Source: Malacoraja senta (Eukaryota). Taken from it: a stretch of DNA of 64,000 nt. Under the pieces are notes generated by a model. That model saw nothing but the letters and a program-made list of their open reading frames with translations. It searched no databases and was not told the origin of the DNA. The translations under genes were made by a program, and so were the position numbers. Positions within the stretch are counted from its first letter, which is position 1. Every line of letters starts with the position of its first letter. This document shows, one piece after another, positions 12,720 through 24,074 of the stretch. The stretch spans positions 6,760,001-6,824,000 of the forward strand of contig CM075993.1 of assembly GCA_038087875.1 (NCBI GenBank), read 5' to 3'.

Positions 12720-15700
12720 TTAAGATGGAAGGACAGACTGGAGTTAGGACTGGATGCGTATTATATGGAGGAGAAATTGAGTTCATATTATATCCTATAA
12801 TATCAAGCTTATTTTTATAATAGAGGGGGGGGGAAACATTGCAATAAAGATCTCTGTCTACCTCAAAATCTGATATATATTCAAGCCTGCTCTCTTCTGC
12901 CTTCATAGTCACCTGAGAGAGGGATGTCAACATCTCGTGACTGTTGATGTCCATGTAATTCTGGCAGATCCTTTCACAGATCGACATTGCTATGGCCTTG
13001 GACGTATAGTACTGTATATCTATGTTGCTAAGAAACATAGTGCTATTTATAACGGCAGAGCCCACACTAATTAGGAGATCTATCGTTGGTATATCTCTGC
13101 ATAAACAAATGGAAATAAATCGCGATTAAAATGTGGAAGATTGGATACTTGGGTGACGCAGCGGTAGAGTTGCTGCCTTACAGCGCTTGCAGCACCGAAG
13201 ACCCGGGTTCAATCCCAACTTTGGGTACTGTCTGTACGGAGTTTGTACGTTCTCCCCGTGACCACGTAGGTTTTTTCCAAGATCTTCGGTTTCCTCCCAC
13301 ACTCCAAAGACGTGCAGGTTTGTAGGTTGTTTGGCTTGGGTTTGTATACTTGATATAAGTGTAAATTGTCCCTAGTGTGTGTAAGCTTGTGTTAATGTGC
13401 GGGGATCGCTGGTCAGTGCGGACTCGGTGGGCCGAAGGGCCTGTTTCGGCACTGCTTCTCTAAACTAAACTTGGGTTAGAGCATTGGAGAGGCCACCTTT
13501 AAGTAGCAAGGTGGGCCTCACAGGTAATGCGGCCTGCTGCATCTATACTAGCTCAGAACTGGTATCCATGTGGTACTGTAGACCATCACCATCTACAACC
13601 CGCGAGCCACCACATCATTCACCGCACTATTGCAATCACGGACAGGGATCACTCTTGTTTAAAGTGGAGGTTGACGTGATGGAAGTCGGCCCAGTCGACG
13701 GATTTTTTTTGGTAGAGTTAGATAGATTCTTGGTTAGTTCGGGTGTAAGGGGTTATGGGGAGAAGGCAGGAGAATGGGGTTAGGAGGGAGAGATAGATCA
13801 GCCATGATCGAATGGCGGAGTAGCCTTGATGGGCCGAATGGCCTAATTCTGCTCCTATCCCTTATAAGTTGAGGGCAAGCGGCACTGTACATGTGGAACA
13901 GGAGGAATTGAGACAGGAAGAACTGCAGATGCTGGTTTACAAAAACAAAAGGCACAAAGTGCTGGAGTAACTCAGCAGGTCAGGCAACATCCCTGGGGAA
14001 CATGGATAGGTGACGTTTTGAGTCGAGACCCTTCTTCAGATAACACAGAACTTTCCGAAGAAGGGTCCTGACCCGAAACATCACCTATCCAAGTCCTCCA
14101 GAGATGCTGCCTGATCCGCTGAGTTACTCCAGCACTTTGTGCATTTCCTGAGTGTTCAAATGCTTAATGTTCATGTCAATATAATGGCGATATTGAACAG
14201 CAGTGGACAACTGAAACCGAACACTCTCATTGTTATGCATTTCTGGCTGGGGACCTGGCTCATCAAATGGAATAGAAGGAGACCATTCAGCCCATTGAGT
14301 ATGCCAGCCCCTGTGAAATCCCATCAACCTCATTCTCCCACATACTTTGCATGTAGCCTATTCTCTCTCACCTTTCTCTACACGCCACCCTAATTATCTA
14401 CCAGAAACCTAAACCTGCGGTAATTTACAGTGGCCAATTAATTTACCAAACAGCACATTTTAAGACGTGGGAGGAAATCAGAGTACCAGGGGAATCCCCA
14501 TGCAGTCCCATGTAGATTATGCAAATTCCTTGCACAACAGTGGTTAGGATTGAACTCTGGCCCTCCGAGCCTTCAGGCAGAAGAATATCTTCCGTATTGG
14601 AATACCTGCCCTGATTTTCCTCATATCAACATGTTGAATCACCCGTGATGGTTTATTTTAGTTTAGTTCATTATTGCATGTGTATGGAGGTACAGCAGAA
14701 AGCTCTTTCGTTGCTTGCTATCCAGTTAGTGGAAAGTCAACACATGATTACAATCATGACCACTGCCCACACTGTACAGATACAGGATAAAGGGACTAAC
14801 GTTTAGTGCAAGAATAAAGTCCAGTTAAAGATAGTACTGGGTTCTCCAATGAGGTAGATGGGAGGTCAGGACCACACTCTAGTTGGTGGTGGGATTGGGA
14901 TGGTTCAATTGCCTGATAACAGCCGGGAAGAAACTGTCTCTGAATCTGGGGGTGTGTGTTTTCATACTTCTGTACCTCTTGCCTGATGGGAGAGGGGAGA
15001 AGAGGGAGTGACCGGGGTGAGACTGGTCCTTGATGATGCTGCTGGCCTTGCCGAGGCAGCGTGAGGTGTGGATGGAGTCACTGGAACGGAGGCTGCTTTG
15101 TGTGATGGGGTGCCTTGATGCAGAGAACGGAAACCGCTGTCAAAACATGGAGGGGACCGGGGACAGGGGGGACACAATTTCTTGGCGGCCGCGCGCATGC
15201 GCACACTCACACGCGAGGTGTCGGAAGCTTCAGCCGTGCGCCCTGTGAACGGTATTAGCTCGGGATTCTTCCAGTTCCCAGCCCCGTGACGTGGATGCTT
15301 CTACTATGGGGCCGTTACCGTTACAATGAGTCAATTACTGCAGATCTGTACCACAGATTTAAAGCTTGTAACGTGAGGGGGACTGTCCCCCACCTCTGAA
15401 AACATGGAGGGGGACACGTCCCCCCTGCCCCCCCCCACCCCCCCAGAGTTTTCCGCCAATGCCTTGATGTAAAGTTTCCCATTTAATTACTTTTGTCGGC
15501 CAAAACTTCCCGGCCAACAATCACTTCACACAGACTTCACTCTGTAAATAGGTGAGGAGATTTTTGTCGAGGTTTGCTCGTTCGGCCTCCTCCCAGGCCC
15601 AGTTGAACGGCTTGTGATGAGCTGTGGTTTGACGGGAGCGCGCCTGCATCTGTTCAGCAGGATGTGGTTGGTTCTCATTCCTACCCAGATAGTTGAGCAG

Positions 15701-16009
15701 AGTTTAACCCGCCTGTCCAGTGTCAGAGCTGCTCTGTGGCGTCAGATGATAACTGAAAGCCTTGTCCCACTTGGACAGTTTTACAGATAGGTAGCAACGA
15801 CACATCGCATGGCACGGCGGTAGAGTTGCTGCCTTACAGCACCAGAGACCCGGGTTCGATCCTGACTCTGCGTGCTGTCTGTATGGAGTTTGCACGTTCT
15901 CCCCGTGACCGTGTGCGTTTCCTCCAGGTGTTTCCAGTTTCCTCCCACACTCAAAATTCGTACAGGTTTGTAGGCTAATTGGCTTTGGTAAAATTGTAAA
16001 AGGTCCCTG

Positions 16010-16340
16010 GTGTGTACCATAGTGTTTGTGTACCATAGTGTTTGTGTACCATAGTGTTTGTGTACCATAGTGTTTGTGTACCATAGTGTTTGTGTACCAT
16101 AGTGTTGTGTACCATAGTGTTTGTGTACCATAGTGTTTGTGTACCATAGTGTTTGTGTACCATAGTGTTTGTGTACCATAGTGTTTGTGTACCATAGTGT
16201 TTGTGTACCATAGTGTTTGTGTACCATAGTGTTTGTGTACCATAGTGTTTGTGTACCATCGTGTTTGTGTACCATAGTGTTTGTGTACCATGTGTTTGTG
16301 TACCATAGTGTTTGTGTACCATAGTGTTTGTGTACCATAG
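16010..16340 (+). repeat. 16-bp minisatellite (tgtgtaccatagtgtt), about 20 copies, inside an HE1 SINE (15808-16430)
   Basis: Direct reading; SINE sequence resumes on both sides. Confidence 0.95.
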
Positions 16341-18036
16341 TTTTTGTGTATGATGGCTGGTCAGCGCGGACTCACTGGGCCAAAGGGCCTGTTTCCGCGC
16401 CGTATTTCGAAACTAAACTAAACTAAACTAATCATGCAGGTTTGTAGATCAATTGACTTTGCTAAAATTATAAATTGTCCCTAGTGTGTAGGTTAGTGCT
16501 GGTGTGTAGGGTGATCGCTGGTCACCACAGACTCAGCGGGCCGAAGGGCCTGTTTCCACGCTAAAGTCTAAAGTAAAGATATCGTTGGTGTGAAAGCCAT
16601 CAGATCTTCCCTCCGCAGTCTCTAACCTGGATACGTACCAACGCTGCACTGCAAGACAGGAAGGCACACCAGCGCCTTGACTTCCCGACAAGCCTGAGGA
16701 AATTGGCCATGTCTTCACTGACTCTTAAATGCTTCGACAATAATAATAATACAATAATACTTTATTAGCCAAATATGTTTTTCAACATACGAGGACTTTT
16801 ATTTGCCAAGTCCATCATACAAATCAAAAGCAACAAGACATAAGCTAGGGTCCTGTTTGATTCACCTCTACCCCATTGACATTGGACTTTGTCTATGGAA
16901 CTGAAGCGCTCAATGCTGAGAACTATATTCTGTATTCTGTATCTTCCCCTTTACTCTCACTTGTGCAACACGGTTTCCCTCTCCGCTGACTCTCTGTCTG
17001 AAGTAGGGTTTCAACCTGAAACATCACCTATTCCTTTTTTTAGTTTAGTTTAGTTTAGTTTAAAGTTACAGCGCGGAAACGGGCACTTCGGGCCATCGAG
17101 TCCGCGCCAACCAGCGATCCCCTCACAATGACACTATCCCACACACACTAGGGACAATTTACAATGTTCCCAATCCAATTAGGATACAAAGCTGTGCGTC
17201 TTTGGAGTGTGGGAGGAAACCGGAGCTCCTGTAGAAAACCCACGCAGGTCCCGGGGAGAACGTACAAACTACGTACAAACAGCACCCGTGATCAGGATCG
17301 AACCCGGAACCCCGGGCCCGGTAAGGCAGCAACTCTACCGCTGCGCCACCGTGCTGCCGTGCCACTCCGGAGATGCTGCCTGACCCGTTGAGTACTCCAG
17401 CGTTTTGTGTCTATCTTCAGGGGAAGAATCTTTGTGTGGCTGAGAAGCAAGAGGCTAAAACTGGGAACGCATGGCTCCAAGAAACGACAGGAAGAACGAC
17501 ACATAAAATTAACCGCTTGTTTGTATATTAGTGTTTCTCTCCTTTCTTTCAAACAATCTATTTGCCAATCATTTCTCCTCAATATGCCTTCTACCTGCTT
17601 CATTGTACATGGGAAAGATTTGTTTTAATTTTCCCATCATGAATTAACTTAACTAAATGTGTAGGAGGAAACTGCAGATGCTGGTTTATACCGAAAATCG
17701 GCACTAAGTGCTGGAGCAACTCAGTGGGACAGGCAGCATCTCTGAAGAAAAGGAACAGGGGATGTTTTGGGTCGGAACCCCTGTTTCTCTCTGAAGAAGG
17801 GTTCCAATCCGAAACGCCACCTATTCCCTTTCTGCAGAGATGCTGCCTGTCCCGCTGAGTTACTCCAGCACTTTGTGTCAGTGATTCCAAAAAGTCACCT
17901 GTCTGTTCCCTCCACACAGATGCTGCCTGAACCCCCTGAGTTACTCCAGCACTTTGTGTTTTGCTCAAGGTTCCAGCATCTGCAGTTCCTTGTGTCTCCA
18001 TGCCACTTCAAAGCGTATTTTAAACAGTTAACCTTA

Positions 18037-18343
18037 TGGGCCTGTCCCACTTAGGCGATTTTTTAGACGACTAGGCTGTCATCACATGGTCGCCTGTATG
18101 GTCGTGAGTCGTCTCCTCAGTCACCCAAAGAGTCGTAAAGTCTTTCTGGTCGCCGCTGGATATTCAACATGTTGAAAAAAAAATTGCGACAGTGGGTTTG
18201 ACGCCAATGAGCGTACCTTGACGTAGGTGCTGTCGTAGGTTGTCGCCAGGTGACATAGCTTGTCGCCAGTGCTGACTTCGGTGAATTCCATTGTCGTATT
18301 CGCCGACAGTCGCCTAAAACATCGCATAAGTGGGACAGGCTAC
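18037..18343. mobile_element. MITE of the same TIR group
   Basis: tta-TGGGCCTGTCCCACTTAGGCGAT ... ATCGCATAAGTGGGACAGGC; internal ttcaacatgttgaa. Confidence 0.75.
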
Positions 18344-18544
18344 TATGTTACATATTACTAACCAGACTACCAAAATATTTCCAATTAGAAAGTTAATTGC
18401 CAATAAGATTGTGTCAGAGTACAAATATCTGCTGACGTATAATAATATCTGATATGAAATGTTACCTGCGTAAAACTAGCTCCAAATAATCTATCGAAAG
18501 AATGTTGATCCACAAATTGGCCGGCGTCCAAGGGGTGTGCTTAC

Positions 18545-18778
18545 CTAGCAAAATAAGTGTCAGGTTTACACTCCTTGCCGCTCAAAGACCCATTGTTCGG
18601 TGAATAAACAGTAGCTTCGTAATTGTTTCCAATCTGATGCACTAACTGGGCTTTGTCCCCGCAGTCACGGATACCCTGAGCAAATGCAACACCTCGCACA
18701 GGTACATCCTTGACCAGCCCTCCATATTGGCACGGAACCACAAAATATCTCCGGTCGCGTGTGAACCCACCACTGGTC
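18545..18778 (-). CDS. Candidate orphan internal exon (TSGGFTRDRRYFVVPCQYGG...KECKPDTYFA), possibly an upstream alternative alpk3 exon
   Basis: Acceptor tctttgtttcag|G, donor AG|GTAAGC, 234 nt. Only one frame is open, phase 2-2, matching the phase-2 end of alpk3 exon 1. No family recognised. Confidence 0.35.
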
Positions 18779-19744
18779 CTGAAACAAAGAGCTGGAGTAA
18801 CTGGAAATGTCCAGGAAGGAACTGCAGATGCTGGTTAAAACCGAAGACAGACACAAAATGCTGGAGTATCTCAGCGGGACAGGCAGCATCTCTGGTGAGA
18901 AGGAATGGGTGACGTTTCGGGTCGAGACCCTTCTTCAGCTTTCGGGTAGGGACTCAGTCTGAAGAAGGGTCTTGACCCAAAACGTCACCCATTCCTTCTC
19001 TCCAGATTATGTGTCTATCTGCTGGAGTAACTCAGCGGGTCAGGCAGCATCTCTGGAGAACAAGGATAGGTGACGTTTCAGCTCGGGACGTTTCTTCAAT
19101 TTGATCTTTTGACTTTCACTTCAGAGATATAGCGTGGAAACAGGCCCTTCAGCCCATCGAGAGGCACCGACCAGCGATCAGCAATATACTACATAGCTCT
19201 ATCATACTCACTAGGGACAATTTACAATTATTTTACAGAAGCCATTTAACCTACCAACCTGCACATCTTTGGGATGCGGTAGGAAACCGGCGCACCCGGA
19301 GGAAACCCACGCGGTGACAGGGAGAACGTGCGAACTCCGTACAGACAGCACCCGTAGTCAGGATCAAACCCGGGTCTCTGGCGCTGTGGGGCAGCAACTC
19401 TACCACCGTGCCACCCTGTCTGACTGTCTGTTTTCTGTAAAGCGGGTGAGGTTAAGACTTCCTTTGGATGATGTCCCAACAGGATCCGTTCAAAGTCTCT
19501 GGGAAATTAAAACTTCCATGGAAGAACTCCAAGAACACATTGTCTCCAGAAAGCTGCTACAGCCGGCCTTGAGAAATGAAATTACGGCATGACATACGAG
19601 TACCAGTGGCACACGGTGATGCCTCACAGCGCCAGAGACCCGCATACAATCCTGACTACGGGCGCTGTCTGTACGGAGTTTCTCCCCGTGACCGCCTGGG
19701 TTTTCTCCGGGTGCTCTGGATTCTTCACGCACTCCAAAAGGCAT

Positions 19745-20240
19745 GCTGACCAGTTGCATCGTGGCTTGGTTCGGCAACTTGAATGCCCAGGAGCGGAAAA
19801 GACTGCAAAAAGTTGTAAACACTGCCCAGTCCATCATCGGCTCTGACCTCCCTACCATCGAGGGGGTCTATCGCAGTCGCTGCCTCAAAAAGGCTGGCAG
19901 CATCATCAAGGATCCACACCACTCATCCTGGCCACACACTCATCTCCCGCTGCCTTCAGGTAGAAGGGACAGGAGCCTGAAATCTGCAACAACCAGGTTC
20001 AGGAATAGCTGCTTCCCCACAGCCATCAGGCTATTAAACTCAACTCAAACAAAACTCTGATCATTAATAGCCCATTGCACTTTATCTGTTTATTTATATA
20101 TTCATAGGTATATGGTCACACTGATCTGTTCTGTTCTGTATTTATTCATGCCTACTATGTTCTGTTGTGCTGAAGCAAAGGAAGAATGTCATTGTCCTAT
20201 CTGGGACACATGACAATAAACCTCTTGAATCTTGAACCTT
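19745..20240 (+). mobile_element. Rex1/Babar-type LINE 3' fragment inserted in an HE1 SINE; sister copy at about 25520-25975
   Basis: CIVAWFGNLNAQERKRLQKVVNTAQSIIG...IIKDPHH...LPSGRR...RFRNSCFPTAIRLLN; tail aataaa...(cttgaat)n. Confidence 0.8.
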
Positions 20241-21596
20241 GAAAAGGCGTACAGGTTTGTAGGTTAATTGTCTTTGTTAAAAAAAAAATTGTAAATTGTC
20301 CCTAGTGTATAAGAGAGTGCTAGTGCCCAGGGTGATCGATGGGCAGGGTGGACTTTGTGGACCATAGTCCTGTTTCTGCGCTGTATCTTTAAAGTCTGAA
20401 ATGGTCTGCTGAACAATAACAGCACAGAAGCAACCCATTTAGCCCGATAGGTCCAGGGGAATGTCGATAACCTTCACAAGTCCATTATTATTTTTTATTT
20501 CCTTTGCATTTGACTATAATTGTTAAAATGAAATTGGGGATGAAGGGTAAAAAAAGTTATTTGACTGGAGAAGCATTCACTTGGGTGTGGAAGAGTGTGT
20601 TCGCAACTGATGGTGAGAAATCATGGGACTGTAGGGATGGGCACAGGAATTGGACATCAGTGGGAAAGTAGGGGCATAGGTGAGAAGAGGTGATGGGTGA
20701 GGTGGTGGCAACAGGGCTGCGCAGTGGCACAACTGGTAACCCTGCTGCCTCACAGCGCCAGAGTCCCAGGTTCGATTCCCACCTCGGTCGCTGTCTGTGT
20801 GGAGTTTGTGCGTTCTCCTGGTGACCGTGTGGGTTTCCTCAGGGTGCTCTGGTTTCCTCCCACATTCCAAAGAGGTGCAAATCTGTAGGTTAGTTGGCCC
20901 TCTGTAAATTGCCCCTCTTGTGTGTAGGGAGTGGATGCGTTACTGGGATAATGTAGAACTTGTGATCGATGGTCAGTGTGGATTTGGTGGGCCGGAAGGC
21001 CTGTTTCCATGCTGTATCTCTAAACTAAACTAAAGATAGACAAAAGAAAAGCTGGAGTAACTCAGCAGGACAGGCAGCATCTCTGGAGAGAAGGAAAATG
21101 ATGCCTGTCCCGCTGAGTTACTCCAGCTTTTTGTGTCTATCTTCGGTTTAAACCATCATCAGCAGTTCCTTCCGAAACTAAACTAAAACTAAATATCTCA
21201 AAAGGTTATAGTGGAACAAGGGATTGGGATTAAAATGTTGGTGTTAATAGTCAAGGGGGGCAATATTCCAGAGGGAACGCAGTTTGAAGAGTTAGAAAAA
21301 AAAAAAACAGAAGATGCTGGAAAGGCTCAGCAAGTCGGGCAGCATCTGTGGAAAGTGAAACGGAGTTAAGGTTTCACTTTGAAGAAGTTCTCAATATTCT
21401 CAGCCTGGACTACGCACTCATAGCTCCAGCTCGGGAACCGCGCCCCACAACCTTGTGAGTATCCAAAGATTGTTCTTATTGTTCTCACAGATGACACAAA
21501 CGACATTCACCGTTGAGAATGCAATATGATGCTCGCTGGTCGGGGACGCAGAAATCAAACTGTTATTACATAAGATCAGTAATGAAACATGAGAAG

Positions 21597-21607
21597 GGGA
21601 ATTTCCC
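21597..21607. promoter_or_regulatory. Near-palindromic NF-kB site in a unique-sequence island (about 21380-21780)
   Basis: GGGAATTTCCC, matching GGGRNWYYCC on both strands. Confidence 0.4.
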
Positions 21608-23039
21608 AACGAGGCACTGATATGACACACACACATCGGCCAAAAGTTAATTACAAAGATTTAAATAATCAGCGGCCACAATAATGGGGCAGAACTGAAT
21701 CCTACTTTAGCGTGCCAACATTCCTGAAGGCTGTTTTACACTGCCTCAGTCTTCACCTGTCCAAGCAAATCTTCCCTCATAAGGTCATAAATGATAGGAG
21801 CAGAATTAGGCCATTTGGCCCATCTAGTCCACCATTCAATCATGGCTGATCTATCCCCCCCTCCTAACCCCATTCTCCTGCCTTCTCCCCATAACCACTG
21901 ATACTCGAACTTATCAAAAATCTATCTATCTCTGCCTTAAAAATATCCATTGCCTTGGCCTCCACAGCCGTCTGTGGCAATGAATTCCGCAGATTCAACA
22001 TCCTCTGACTAAAGATATTCGTGCCCATCTCCTTCCTCTCATCACCGATACTTTTCTCCAAACTGTAGACCTAGAACAAACAGGGCTAAAAATGGCACCA
22101 GATCTCGTACGCTGTCTCAGTATGCTAGTACTATATACTTGTACTGTATCTAAGCTGCTTATCTAAGATGGATCGAAGTTCTTCGATTCAGTGATGATTG
22201 TACTGGACTGTGTGCTGAAGTGAATTTCACTGAACCTTGGTACTTGTGATAATACAGTACAATTGCACCGTTGAAAAATTAGTGTCAAACCAAAACATAA
22301 CAGGGCAGGGTGGCGCAGCGGTAGAGTTGCTGCTTTAGTGCCAGAGACCTGGGTTCAATCCTGACCATAGGCGCTTCCCGTACGGAGTTTATACCTTCTC
22401 CCTGTGACCTGCGTGGGTTTTCCACGGAATCTCCAGCTCGGTGGTGTGAATGTGAATTGTCCCTCGTGTGTGTAGGATAGTGTTAATGTGCGGGGATCGC
22501 TGGTCGGCGCGGACTCCGTGGGCCGGAGGGCCTGTTTTCATTCAGATAATCACAGCTGCAAGGTATTAGGAAGATCAAAACTAGCCAGCAGTTGGCAAAC
22601 ATCAACGAATCATCAGATAACAACACTCTCATTCGTATCCACGACTCACTCAACCCTCCCCCCGCGGCGACCAGCGTTCCCAGAAGGCCTCCAGAGTCGC
22701 CATAGACACGCGGGCACGGTCGGAGGCCCAGACGAGGGGCAGGCAGTCGAGTGTGGGCGGCACTGATAGTGTTGCTGCCTTACAGCACCAGAGACCCGGG
22801 TTCAAGCCTGACCACGGGTGCTGTCTGTAGAGAGTTTGCACGTTCTCCCCGTGACCCGCGTGAGTTTTCTCCGGGTGCTCCGGTTTCCTCCCACACTCCA
22901 AAGACGTACAGGTTTGTAGGTTAATTGGCTTCTGTAAATTGTAAATTGTAATAGTGTTAGTGTACAGGGTGATCGCCGGTCAGCATGGACTTGATGGGCC
23001 AAAGGGCCTGTTTCCATGCTGTATGTCTAAAGTCTAGAG

Positions 23040-23231
23040 CAGTGGTTCTTAACCTTTTTGGCACCAGTACACGCATACGAGAACAAAATACTGTATGTGG
23101 TATGTACCTTTGTTAGGTTCCTAAACATGGGCTCAACAAATTGATATGTTATTTGTTTCCCCTTCATGACCCCCGGCAAAGTCCCAAATGACCCCCTTAG
23201 GGGGTCACGAACCCCAGGTTAAGAACCACTG
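23040..23231. mobile_element. hAT (Charlie-type) MITE
   Basis: TIR CAGTGGTTCTTAACCT / AGGTTAAGAACCACTG; perfect 8-bp TSD GTCTAGAG (23032-23039, 23232-23239). Confidence 0.92.
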
Positions 23232-23756
23232 GTCTAGAGTCTCATACCTATCCCGCTGCCAGGACCCTTGAATGGCCGTCTTGGCCAGGCCCAGCAAACC
23301 GAGTGGGGTACATACATTACCCCTTGGGTGTTGGTGATAGGATCTGGAGGGAGTTGATGGGAATGTAGAGCAGAATGACATTAGCGTAGGGTTAGTGCAA
23401 ATGGGTGCCTTGGTCAGTGTGGACTCGATGGGCTGAAGGGCCTGCCTCCGTGCCGTGTGACTGCAGACCGAAAATACCAAGAGACCGACTGTAAATGCTG
23501 ACACAGTTGGACTGCTGTTGAATGATTCTGGAGAGCAACAGGAAGATGGGGAGGGGGAGGGGGAGGGGGAGGGGGAGGAGGGGAAGGGGGAAGGGGGGGG
23601 AAGGGAGGAAAGGGCGAGGGGGAGGCGGGGGAAGGGGGAGGGGAGGGGGGAAAGTGCGAGAGAGAGGAGGGGGAAGGAGTGAGGGAAGGAGGGTGATAAC
23701 TGTCTTGTAAAGGACACTTGGCAAGGATCAAAGATAGACACAAAATGCTGGAGTTA

Positions 23757-24074
23757 AGGGCCTGTCCCACTGTACGAGCTAATTCAAGAGTTCTCCCGAG
23801 TTTCCCCTGATTCGAACTCGGAGAATTACGGTAATAGCCGCTCGTAGGTACTCGGGGCTCTCGTGGACATTTTTCAACATGTTGAAAAATCTTCACGAGT
23901 CTTCACGAGCTTACCGCGTTTCTCGAGTACCTGCCATTAGCGTTACAAGCCGCTAAGAGACGTCACCGAGCTCCGACGTACCCGCTACGTACATTCTACG
24001 TGCTTACCACAAGTTTGATTTTTTTTTAAACTCGGGAGAGCTCTTGAATGACCTCGTACAGTGGGACAGGCCCT
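23757..24074. mobile_element. MITE (Harbinger-like TIR group, subfamily C) inserted in a Penelope pLTR
   Basis: About 45-bp imperfect TIR AGGGCCTGTCCCACTGTACGAG...; host sequence tgctggag|taactcagcggg is split by the insertion. Confidence 0.85.

Noticed and set aside
14489..14499. kB-like palindrome GGGGAATCCCC
   Set aside because: Lies within a decayed SINE; likely a chance match.
15525..15740. Minus-strand open frames in unique sequence (e.g. HKPFNWAWEEAERANLDKNLLTYLQSE)
   Set aside because: Two frames are similarly open, splice sites are weak and no homology is recognised.
16010..16340. Regular repeat array superficially CRISPR-like, with 115-200 aa ORFs
   Set aside because: No spacers; simple tandem repeat in a eukaryotic SINE.
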